From positions 40,267 to 104,266 of the IMG/VR virus record IMGVR_UViG_3300027736_000029: a DNA stretch of 64,000 bases; one strand, 5' to 3'. The notes below the pieces were generated by a model. It saw nothing but the letters and a program-made list of their open reading frames with translations, did no database searches and was not told the origin of the DNA. The translations under genes were made by a program, and so were the position numbers. Positions 10,045 through 18,101 of the stretch are shown in pieces; positions within the stretch are counted from its first letter, which is position 1, and each line of letters starts with the position of its first letter. This DNA is from a virus.

Positions 10045-10219
10045 TCTTGTCAGTCTTGTTGTGTTCTAAAATTTCTCCTCTTAATTGTTGAAGCAAAGCT
10101 TTCAACTCTTGTGCAGATTTTCTTGCTCTTGTACCTGCGCTTTTGTTTCCTGCGAAAAATTTTGTAGTATCTACTGAAAGTAACTCAGATAATACTTTGA
10201 TTTGTTCTAATGTTTCCAT
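10037..10219 (-). CDS. histone H1-like protein (Hc1 family)
   Basis: GNKSAGTRARK..ELK..L..LR signature. Confidence 0.85.
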   Translation of the reverse strand: METLEQIKVLSELLSVDTTKFFAGNKSAGTRARKSAQELKALLQQLRGEILEHNKTDKNA

Positions 10220-10294
10220 TTTTTTAATTTTCTAATAGTTTATTTATAAACAAAATTATAAGTTTTTCCTATCTGGTGTAAATAGAATCGACAC

Positions 10295-10753
10295 TTATTC
10301 TGAATTTTTTTCAATTAATTTGTAAAGCTCGGTTAGTAAATCTAAATCAGATTTTGAATAAGTTATTCCAACGTCAAATATTTCATTTAAAAATTTTGAG
10401 ATTGATTTTTTTAGACTACTTTCCGTTTGATTATAAAAAGTATCCATAAAAAAAGATTGAAAATAATCTTTATGCTCTCCGTCAGATTTAATTATAATAT
10501 TTTCCCTTTTAAAATTTTCAATTACTTTATTCCAACACCATTCAAAATGTGAAAGATTGTCGTCATAAGATAAGGATATTTTGGTTTCAGAAGTACTGTC
10601 ACCTAAATAGGTATCCATGATAATTTGATTTAATGACTTAAAAAAATCGCCACATAAGTCAATCTTTTCATAAGTCATGTTATGAACATTAAACCAAATT
10701 ATTAATTCTTCTTTAGGTAAAGGCTTGGTCATCCAATTAAAAAAATTCTCCAT
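10295..10753 (-). CDS. hypothetical protein
   Basis: 152 aa ORF. Confidence 0.75.
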   Translation of the reverse strand: MENFFNWMTKPLPKEELIIWFNVHNMTYEKIDLCGDFFKSLNQIIMDTYLGDSTSETKISLSYDDNLSHFEWCWNKVIENFKRENIIIKSDGEHKDYFQSFFMDTFYNQTESSLKKSISKFLNEIFDVGITYSKSDLDLLTELYKLIEKNSE

Positions 10754-10775
10754 AGAGTATGAGTCTATGGAGAAT
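10739..10775 (-). terminator. terminator-like hairpin overlapping the start codon of 10295..10753
   Basis: 12-bp perfect inverted repeat ATTCTCCATAGA/TCTATGGAGAAT (10745-10775) followed by a T-tract on the minus strand. Confidence 0.7.
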
Positions 10776-10803
10776 GTAATACAATTTTAATAAATGTGAA
10801 TTT

Positions 10804-12756
10804 TTATTGAGTTTTTCTGTTGTATGAAATTAAATTTTTCATTTTTTGTAAATCCTCGTTGATAATTTTTGTTGCTTTAGCTTCAGTAGATTCTAATGTA
10901 TTAAGTATCTTAGTTGCCTTGTTGATTGAATTTGATTTGTCAGCTCCTTGTTGTTTGGATTTTAAAGACCCTTTTGTTTTACCATTACCTTCAACTTCAA
11001 TCGTTTCTTGTGGTTGTCTTTTATAAGATGCTTTCATTTGTTCAGCACCATATAAGTTTTCGTCAAAATTTTTCTTAAATCTATCACCAACTTTCTCACT
11101 TCTTTTTGAAACATTTCCTAATGCTTTACCATCTTTACCCGTAACCGCATTTCCTGTTGTGGAGTCTCCTTTTAATTGTTTACCAATTCTTTCATCTTCT
11201 GGTTTAATCTCGTCATAAACAAGATTTGTCATACCAGGATAAGAGAACGCTTCAATATATTCTTCAACAGCATCAGATGGTTGGTATTTCATCTCATTAT
11301 GTTCTTTCTCCATATCGTAATTACTTTGAGGGAAATCATCTGGATTCTCATCATATCCCTTACCACCCATGTACATATCCTTCATGTAATCTTTCATTTT
11401 CTTAACAACTTCTTTACTATAGTTGTCATTTTCTTTTTTACTTTCACCTTGAGCCTTTTCAGTCTTCTTTAACCCTTGAGGTTTATTAACACTAAAACTG
11501 TTTTTTTCTGCTGTGTCCTTAACAATCTCTTCTTTTACAATTTTTTCAATCATATCAATTAACTCATTCTCACTTAAAGATAAAGTATTTCTACTTTCAT
11601 TAAGACCACCTAAAGTCAAAGCCATGTTTACTTGTTTTAATAACTTAGAATCTGCAGCAGACAATTTCTTATCACCTTTAGCCTTTGTCATTAAATCTTT
11701 TTTAATTGCGTTTAATTTGGCTTTAGGTATTTTTTTACCTTCAGGTATTCCTAAAGCTTTATGTAATCCCCCTTTTGTCATGTTAGCCTTTTGAATAAAT
11801 TTGTCTTCAGATTCATTCATTTTTTTCTCACCTTTAACGTGATATGTTTTACCGTCAACCTCAAAAGTATCTTCACCGTCTTCTATTGCCTGAGCTCTTG
11901 CTCCTGAAAAAGCATTACCTTCTTCCATTTCTTCATCTTTCATGTCTTTTTGGTCTCTGTTAAATCTACTTTGACCAGGTTCAGGTACTTGCCAACCAAC
12001 TATATCATTAACGTATTCATAACCCGCATCCCATAAACTTGGATTTTCTTTTCTGTCTTTTTCACGAGCAACTTCAGGGTCTTCTTTTTTACCAAACATT
12101 TTCTTGAAAATGTTTTCCTCAACTTCACTCTTGTTAGATTTTTTACCTTCAAATTTATGTGTTTCTTCTAATCCTTTAACCATTCTAACTCTAAATGGTT
12201 TTCCACCAAATTTTTGTTGATATTGATTAAAGTATTTTTCACCATCATTTGGTGCAAACCATCTTTGGTTTTTACCATGTTTTGACATTAATGATGGAAA
12301 ATCTTCAAATTCTTCCTCATCATAATCAAAATCAAAATCACCAGTATGTTCTCTATCAGATTGGTCAAACCAACCGTGTTCATCATCAAATGAACCAAAC
12401 ATTTTATTTTTGATAGTATTTTTGATTTTATTGTCAGCTAAACCTCTACCAACATAAGTGGGTTCATTTTTTGATAATTCTTCAGCTTCTTCAAAATCAG
12501 AATCATCACTATAGTAAAATTCTTCAACTTCTTCTTTATGAGATTTAGCGTCTCTTAATTTTTTGAAGTCAGCAGCAGTAATCTTACCCTTAGGTTCTGC
12601 AACATCAATTTTAGATTGTCCACCTTTAAGGTCTTCATTCATTTCAATTTCTTTCCACTCACCTTTAGTTTCCATTATTTTTCTAACTTTAGAGTCAATT
12701 TCTTCACTAAGAATTTTTGAAACTAATTTATCGATATCATTTTGAAAGTCTTTCAT
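10804..12756 (-). CDS. charged modular protein, putative head-internal protein
   Basis: K/E-rich; short modules separated by hydrophobic-x-E sites; TATTTATA upstream. Confidence 0.55.
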   Translation of the reverse strand: MKDFQNDIDKLVSKILSEEIDSKVRKIMETKGEWKEIEMNEDLKGGQSKIDVAEPKGKITAADFKKLRDAKSHKEEVEEFYYSDDSDFEEAEELSKNEPTYVGRGLADNKIKNTIKNKMFGSFDDEHGWFDQSDREHTGDFDFDYDEEEFEDFPSLMSKHGKNQRWFAPNDGEKYFNQYQQKFGGKPFRVRMVKGLEETHKFEGKKSNKSEVEENIFKKMFGKKEDPEVAREKDRKENPSLWDAGYEYVNDIVGWQVPEPGQSRFNRDQKDMKDEEMEEGNAFSGARAQAIEDGEDTFEVDGKTYHVKGEKKMNESEDKFIQKANMTKGGLHKALGIPEGKKIPKAKLNAIKKDLMTKAKGDKKLSAADSKLLKQVNMALTLGGLNESRNTLSLSENELIDMIEKIVKEEIVKDTAEKNSFSVNKPQGLKKTEKAQGESKKENDNYSKEVVKKMKDYMKDMYMGGKGYDENPDDFPQSNYDMEKEHNEMKYQPSDAVEEYIEAFSYPGMTNLVYDEIKPEDERIGKQLKGDSTTGNAVTGKDGKALGNVSKRSEKVGDRFKKNFDENLYGAEQMKASYKRQPQETIEVEGNGKTKGSLKSKQQGADKSNSINKATKILNTLESTEAKATKIINEDLQKMKNLISYNRKTQ

Positions 12757-12769
12757 TTTGTATTTTTAT

Positions 12770-12777
12770 TATAAATA
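12770..12777 (-). promoter_or_regulatory. putative phage promoter motif TATTTATA
   Basis: In the short intergenic gap upstream of ATG 12756. Confidence 0.6.
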
Positions 12778-12779
12778 TC

Positions 12780-13430
12780 TTATTTTATTCTTTTGTTTAG
12801 TTTTTGGTACTCATGTTCCAAAATTGTCTTAACTACGTTAGGACTAACACCCATTTTCTTTGCAACATTATTAATCGCATCATTAACAGATTCGTTTTTA
12901 CTAATCTTTAGATTATTAATGTCTCCTTGATTACAGTATGGGAATTTAGTACATTTCTTTTTGATTTTTACAAATCCACCTCCAGGATATTGTGTTTTTC
13001 TACTTGGCCCCCAATCTTTCTTACTTGTTGACTTAGCCCACATTGAAGGTGATTCATATCCACCTACAGAACCTGACGTAGTAGCTTCTTTAGCTTCAAC
13101 CTTATCAACATCACTTTCTTTCAATCCTGGTGTTTCAGACCTACTTTTTTCCCAAAACTCATCGTCGTCACCACCACCAAATACGGGTCCCGAATAAGCT
13201 CCTGAAGAACCTGAACCTGTAGCTTCTTTAGTTTCAGATTTATTTTTTTTTACTTTTTTACTTTTATTTAAAAAAGTTTCATATTTGTTTCCATCTTCGT
13301 CAACTTCTTCAGTAAACGATGATTTATATTTTAATGCATCTCCCATAGTACTTGAGTTTAATTTAACATTTGGTTGAGTTGTATACGCCTTATCTATAGC
13401 GGTTTTAAATGTATCTTTAGAGGTTTTCAT
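12780..13430 (-). CDS. hypothetical protein with duplicated EAT(G/T)SGSxGxY motif
   Basis: KEATGSGSSGAYSGP and KEATTSGSVGGYESP. Confidence 0.7.
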   Translation of the reverse strand: MKTSKDTFKTAIDKAYTTQPNVKLNSSTMGDALKYKSSFTEEVDEDGNKYETFLNKSKKVKKNKSETKEATGSGSSGAYSGPVFGGGDDDEFWEKSRSETPGLKESDVDKVEAKEATTSGSVGGYESPSMWAKSTSKKDWGPSRKTQYPGGGFVKIKKKCTKFPYCNQGDINNLKISKNESVNDAINNVAKKMGVSPNVVKTILEHEYQKLNKRIK

Positions 13431-13432
13431 AA

Positions 13433-13678
13433 TTAAGCATTTCTAAGTTTTGGCTCCCAATAACTACGGTTCATCCACATAAATTGGTAGAATTCACGGA
13501 ACATTTTTAGGGTTATTTCTTTAACTTCACCAGTAAGTTTCCCTCTTTTAATCTCTTTTGAGATTCTATCCATCAATTTGTCTTCAAATTGTTTAAGGGT
13601 ACTATTATCCATAAAGCTTCTAATCTCTTTACGAATCATAGTTTCAATTTCTTTTTTGTCTGTTGTAGTAAGTGCCAT
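13433..13678 (-). CDS. hypothetical protein
   Basis: 81 aa helical ORF. Confidence 0.7.
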   Translation of the reverse strand: MALTTTDKKEIETMIRKEIRSFMDNSTLKQFEDKLMDRISKEIKRGKLTGEVKEITLKMFREFYQFMWMNRSYWEPKLRNA

Positions 13679-14091
13679 TATTTTATAATCAAAAATGTTC
13701 CCAATATTAATATGGCAGAGCCTGATAATATTGAAGTAAATTTATTTTTAACTTTCAACTTCTTTAAATCCCACTCAAGTTGTTTTGTGTGGTTTTCCAA
13801 AATTGAATATTTTTCATTTTGAGCCAAAATAATTGTATTATAATTTTCTTCTTTAACTCTCATTATTGAAATAACACTATCTTTCTTTTCAACTATATTT
13901 TCTGTTTTATATAATTGTTGTTCTGTTAGTTTCAATTGAGCTTTGGCTGAATCTCCACTCAATAAATCCTTTGTTATCTGTTTCACAATTGGTATTGGGA
14001 AACATTTAACAGGTTCTTTATTTGTATCTATTTGAGAAAAAGCTGTCAAACTCAGACTTAGTATACTCATCAACACGAATAATTTCTTCAT
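13678..14091 (-). CDS. exported coiled-coil protein with C-terminal TM (spanin-like partner?)
   Basis: Signal peptide ending AFS-Q, coiled coil, C-terminal hydrophobic helix; overlaps the upstream gene. Confidence 0.55.
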   Translation of the reverse strand: MKKLFVLMSILSLSLTAFSQIDTNKEPVKCFPIPIVKQITKDLLSGDSAKAQLKLTEQQLYKTENIVEKKDSVISIMRVKEENYNTIILAQNEKYSILENHTKQLEWDLKKLKVKNKFTSILSGSAILILGTFLIIK

Positions 14092-14377
14092 GGTATTTCT
14101 TTGCTACTTTAGTTTTATCCTTTTTTATTTTGGTGACATTATCTTCAATCTTATCGATTTCTTTATTGATATCAGTAATCTTGTTTTCTAATTTGTCTTG
14201 TTCTTTATACATTTCATTAACTACATTATCTAATGAGTCAATTTTCTTACTATCCGCAATAGCCATTGTATTTAATGGTGTTAAAATAAAAATAACCCAA
14301 TACAACAAAAACAATCCCACTAATACAGAGATAATTGTTTTATAGTTTTTAGTAATAAAGTTCTTAATTGTTTCCAT
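14018..14377 (-). CDS. N-terminal TM coiled-coil protein (i-spanin-like)
   Basis: Single N-terminal TM followed by a heptad-rich region; near the amidase. Confidence 0.5.
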   Translation of the reverse strand: METIKNFITKNYKTIISVLVGLFLLYWVIFILTPLNTMAIADSKKIDSLDNVVNEMYKEQDKLENKITDINKEIDKIEDNVTKIKKDKTKVAKKYHEEIIRVDEYTKSEFDSFFSNRYK

Positions 14378-14982
14378 TATTCAGGTGATTCTTTTGTTTT
14401 CTTTCTACTTGCAAGGACTTTACCCCATTTGGATTTGAACTTTTGGTAGAACTGTTGTAATTTATTAATCATTTCCAAGAAATCTTCATCAACTTTAACC
14501 ATATCACCATCGATATAGATTCCACTATCTTCACCAATTGTAAATGTAAATTCAATATCTTGGTCAATAATTTTACCTGACCAATCAACATTGTTTTGGT
14601 AAACATTTAAAGTATTAAAATCCACCAAATCGGAAACCTCTTCAACAAACTCATCCATACTTTCTTGGAAAGCAATTTTCTCATCAGTTGTAATATCCAA
14701 TTCATTTTTATCTTTACCATGTAAGGCTAAGATTCCACCTGATATTCTATACTTCTGTGTTTTATCTTTTGGAGATTGTTTACTATACTCAGTATCATCA
14801 CCATCTTCAATATCATCACCAGGTTCTCTATCACTAACCGCAGTTTCATAATCTTGGTCTTGGTCAATTCTTTGTTCAATACTCGCAGCAACATTATCTT
14901 GAGTATCTTGCTCAAGTAACATTCTTGATTTCTTTAATAACGACTTAATCTCGTCGTATCTGTTATTGTGTATATTAGTCAT
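14377..14982 (-). CDS. acidic hypothetical protein
   Basis: 201 aa ORF; N-terminal EIKSLLKKSRMLLEQ. Confidence 0.75.
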   Translation of the reverse strand: MTNIHNNRYDEIKSLLKKSRMLLEQDTQDNVAASIEQRIDQDQDYETAVSDREPGDDIEDGDDTEYSKQSPKDKTQKYRISGGILALHGKDKNELDITTDEKIAFQESMDEFVEEVSDLVDFNTLNVYQNNVDWSGKIIDQDIEFTFTIGEDSGIYIDGDMVKVDEDFLEMINKLQQFYQKFKSKWGKVLASRKKTKESPE

Positions 14983-15571
14983 TGTCTATTAATTTAATAA
15001 AGTTTTCAAAATTGAAAGATGGGTTTAGGTCAGTGTACTTTCCGTCAAAATTGCTCTTTGAGACAATCCCTTCAAAATGTTCAACACCTTCAAATCTGGT
15101 GTTATGACCTACACATCTTTTTTTAATCTTGAGTATCTCAGTTAAATGTGAACATAATTCAGCGGTAGATTTCACCTGTTCCTCTGAATATGGTTCCCAA
15201 AAAAAGAAATCTCTCCATTTTTTTTCGTAAACTTCTTGATTATAAATACTTCCTTTCCAGTTAATATAATAGTTTGTTAAAGGTTTCTTTTCTAACCATC
15301 CAAAATTCTCCAAACATACAATAATGGAGTTTCTATTAATATTATCTTCAGTGAAAAAATTGCTGTGACCTTCATCTGGAAGTAGTTGAAGGATTTTACC
15401 GTCTTTGGTAATTAAATAATTGGGAATTTTGTCATACTTGGAATTGTACCTAAACTTAAGGGAGGTCAAGTATTCCTCAACCTCCCTTGATGTATGACAT
15501 AAAATTATTTGTTTTTTCTTTTTTTGTTTACCTGTTGTTTTGAAATTTCCGTATTTTTCAATATTAAGCAT
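14975..15571 (-). CDS. N-acetylmuramoyl-L-alanine amidase-like protein (Amidase_2; putative endolysin)
   Basis: IILCHTS, NYLITKDGKILQL, NRNSIIVCLEN, YSEEQVKS, TDLNPSF. Confidence 0.8.
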   Translation of the reverse strand: MLNIEKYGNFKTTGKQKKKKQIILCHTSREVEEYLTSLKFRYNSKYDKIPNYLITKDGKILQLLPDEGHSNFFTEDNINRNSIIVCLENFGWLEKKPLTNYYINWKGSIYNQEVYEKKWRDFFFWEPYSEEQVKSTAELCSHLTEILKIKKRCVGHNTRFEGVEHFEGIVSKSNFDGKYTDLNPSFNFENFIKLIDND

Positions 15572-16262
15572 CTCGTTTACTATAACTTAACCTTCTTACT
15601 TGGTCTTCATTTATTGGGTCAGAAGTTTTCTCAGTTAAGTTACCAAATTTTTGTTCGTTAACTCGTCTCAATTCTTCCTCAAGTCTTTGTAAATCTTCTT
15701 GAGTTGGAACATACTTTTCTTTTTCAACTTCAGCTTCTTTCTTTCCTGCTTCGGTACTCAATGCTTCGATATCAATTTCAGGTTCAGGAGCGTCAGTCTT
15801 TCCCTCTTCCTCAAACTTAACTAACATGTGCAAAAAGGACAGAGAAATTATTGGTAACATACCACCAGCAAATAATGCTAAGAATCTTTTGTGTCCAATA
15901 GGGTCTCCTGAATCAACACCAAGATAACTAACAACTGGGTCAACTAATTCAACCCAATCTTTAAATGCTTTCGCATCAACATTAATATATTGATATGAAA
16001 AAAAAATATTACCGATAAATTGAATTAAAGTTACAATACCAAATGGGATATAAACTTTCTTACCCATATTTGCTGATATCGCAGCAACTGCAGATAAGGC
16101 AGCAATCTCAATACCAATAGATAGGTATACCGCCCAACTCATTGGGTTTGATAATCCATACCAAGTTGTTACGTGGGATATTGAAACACCAGCAACTGCC
16201 AAGATTGGGACCAAGAAGGCAACATAAATTATCTTCTTAAAATTTTTCTGTATCCAACTCAT
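15564..16262 (-). CDS. multi-pass membrane protein (holin candidate)
   Basis: About four TM helices plus a charged C-tail; directly upstream of the amidase. Confidence 0.55.
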   Translation of the reverse strand: MSWIQKNFKKIIYVAFLVPILAVAGVSISHVTTWYGLSNPMSWAVYLSIGIEIAALSAVAAISANMGKKVYIPFGIVTLIQFIGNIFFSYQYINVDAKAFKDWVELVDPVVSYLGVDSGDPIGHKRFLALFAGGMLPIISLSFLHMLVKFEEEGKTDAPEPEIDIEALSTEAGKKEAEVEKEKYVPTQEDLQRLEEELRRVNEQKFGNLTEKTSDPINEDQVRRLSYSKRDA

Positions 16263-16263
16263 T

Positions 16264-16545
16264 TTATTTAGATTTTAATTTTTTAATCTCCTGTTCAATT
16301 TGAGTTTGTCTTTGAACATCCAATAACTTTCTGTCAGTTGCTTGAATCATTCTTTTTTCAGACTCCAATCCCATGATTGTTAATTCAACATTCAATTCTT
16401 GTTTAGTGTAAGTTGAGTCTTTAATTGCTTCAACCTCTTTTCTCATTTTAGCAAGTTCTCTACCATCACCACATCCTTTAAAGAAGGACAATAAAGCAAT
16501 GACCAATACAATAACCACAAAGTTTTTTTCTATAAATTTTTTCAT
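16264..16545 (-). CDS. membrane-anchored/lipoprotein-like coiled-coil protein
   Basis: Hydrophobic N-terminus ending FFKGC, then coiled coil. Confidence 0.6.
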   Translation of the reverse strand: MKKFIEKNFVVIVLVIALLSFFKGCGDGRELAKMRKEVEAIKDSTYTKQELNVELTIMGLESEKRMIQATDRKLLDVQRQTQIEQEIKKLKSK

Positions 16546-16576
16546 ATTTTTTTTGTTTTTTATTTATCCCAATAAT

Positions 16577-16607
16577 AAAAGGGTGTACTAATAAATACAC
16601 CCTTTTT
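16577..16607. terminator. bidirectional terminator-like hairpin
   Basis: AAAAGGGTGTA-CTAATAAA-TACACCCTTTT, downstream of the sigma gene. Confidence 0.8.
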
Positions 16608-16613
16608 CAACTT

Positions 16614-17411
16614 TTACATATAATCGAACAAACTTGATGTCTCGTTCCTCAATTTTCGGAGAGCTTTTTCCTTAATTTGTCGAACCCTTTCTTTGGTTAA
16701 TGAGAAGTCACCACCAATATCTTCCAACGTTCTTGTGTTACCTGTCAATCCAAAATAATCTTCAATGATTACTCGTTCACGATTGTCCAACACATCCAAC
16801 ATCTCAAGAAGTTTCTTCTTCAAGGTGTCCTCAGTTGATAAATTGACATCGGCAAGTTCCGCATTTGGGTTATTCAAGATGTCCAACAGGGTATCACCTT
16901 CCTCATTCAAAGGATTGTCCAAGTTGATGGTGTATGGCAATGTCGCAAACTTTTCAGGTAGAGCAACTCCTGCGGAATCCAACTCCTTCTTAGCTCGATG
17001 TAGTTCTTGAACCACATTAACAGGGAGACGGATGGTTCTTGCATTCTCGTTCAACGATTGCAAGATTGATTGACGAACCCACCACACAGCATAAGAGATG
17101 AATCTTAACCCTTTGGTCCAATCAAAGTTTTCGATGGCTTTCATAAGACCGTAGTTCCCTTCTGCAATCAAGTCAGATAAGTCCAATCCTTGATTTTGGT
17201 ATTGTTTACTAACCGTGATGACAAAACGAAGATTACCTTCCAACAACTCTTGTTGAATCTGTTCCTTTTCTTGTTCTGTCACATCAGGAGATAACATCCT
17301 TTTTGCGAGTTCTCTCTCCCTGTCAGGTGTCATAACTCGAATTTTTCGGATGTCCTTAAGATATACCGCAATTTCTTCTTGGTTGATTGGAATTGATGAT
17401 TTTTCTTTCAT
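16614..17411 (-). CDS. RNA polymerase sigma-70 factor, Bacteroidota primary-sigma-like
   Basis: NLRFVITVSKQYQNQGL..DLIAEGN.GL..A...FD...G.RFISYAVWWVRQSI; region 4 TLEDIG..FSLTKERVRQIKEKAL; no region 1.1. Confidence 0.95.
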   Translation of the reverse strand: MKEKSSIPINQEEIAVYLKDIRKIRVMTPDRERELAKRMLSPDVTEQEKEQIQQELLEGNLRFVITVSKQYQNQGLDLSDLIAEGNYGLMKAIENFDWTKGLRFISYAVWWVRQSILQSLNENARTIRLPVNVVQELHRAKKELDSAGVALPEKFATLPYTINLDNPLNEEGDTLLDILNNPNAELADVNLSTEDTLKKKLLEMLDVLDNRERVIIEDYFGLTGNTRTLEDIGGDFSLTKERVRQIKEKALRKLRNETSSLFDYM

Positions 17412-17412
17412 A

Positions 17413-17925
17413 TTATTTTTGGCTATAGTTGTCTAATGTTGCTTTTTCGTATGGAGTAAGGGATTCAACTCCGTTATCAACTACCTTGTCCAACAATTGG
17501 TCCAATGTTGGTATCTGTAGGTTTTTCTTCACTTGGTTCATTAATGCTGTCACAATGTCATCTTCATCATCTTCATCATAAGATATGTCAAAATCATTTT
17601 TTGTTTCAAATTCAAAGGTAATCGCACCTTCAGTCTCAGTCTCCAAATCAAATAAATGTTGTTTCATATCGTCCGTCATGAATACTGATACATTATCATT
17701 ATACTCAGTCAATATGAATGAATCATACATGGGATAAGAGGTTAGTTCCACAAACTCATGAATGTCCTCCATTTGGATTTCAGATTCAAAATGGAAAATA
17801 ATAACACCACTACGGTATTGAAACTTTAAGTGAGTTGAATCAACCAACGGTTCCAAACAATGAGCAATCTCCTCACACTGTTCTGATTGAAAATTACCAA
17901 ATACGGTTAACAAGTATTTCTTCAT
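17413..17925 (-). CDS. hypothetical protein with C-terminal DUF6576-like motif
   Basis: LDQLLDKVVDNGVESLTPYEKATL. Confidence 0.7.
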   Translation of the reverse strand: MKKYLLTVFGNFQSEQCEEIAHCLEPLVDSTHLKFQYRSGVIIFHFESEIQMEDIHEFVELTSYPMYDSFILTEYNDNVSVFMTDDMKQHLFDLETETEGAITFEFETKNDFDISYDEDDEDDIVTALMNQVKKNLQIPTLDQLLDKVVDNGVESLTPYEKATLDNYSQK

Positions 17926-17939
17926 ATTTTTTTGTTTGA

Positions 17940-17947
17940 CAAAGATA
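17940..17947 (-). promoter_or_regulatory. Bacteroidota-type -7 promoter element TATCTTTG
   Basis: TAnnTTTG match upstream of ATG 17925. Confidence 0.65.
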
Positions 17948-17958
17948 AGACAATTATT

Positions 17959-18039
17959 CTAAACTCTTTTAGAATATCCAACAATTTGGTAAAAATCTTT
18001 TTTACCATCACAATAATCTTTAACCAATTCAAGTAATAT
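17959..18039 (-). pseudogene. possible 3' remnant of a disrupted gene
   Basis: Start-less, protein-like frame ILLELVKDYCDGKKDFYQIVGYSKRV* next to the R-M terminator. Confidence 0.35.
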
Positions 18040-18061
18040 AATAAAAAAGAATTAAACAGTC

Positions 18062-18092
18062 AAAAAAAAATCCCACCTTTTTAGGGGTGGGG
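18062..18092 (-). terminator. Rho-independent terminator
   Basis: CCCACC/GGTGGG stem then A and T9 on the minus strand, after the MTase stop. Confidence 0.8.
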
Positions 18093-18101
18093 TTAGTTAT
18101 A

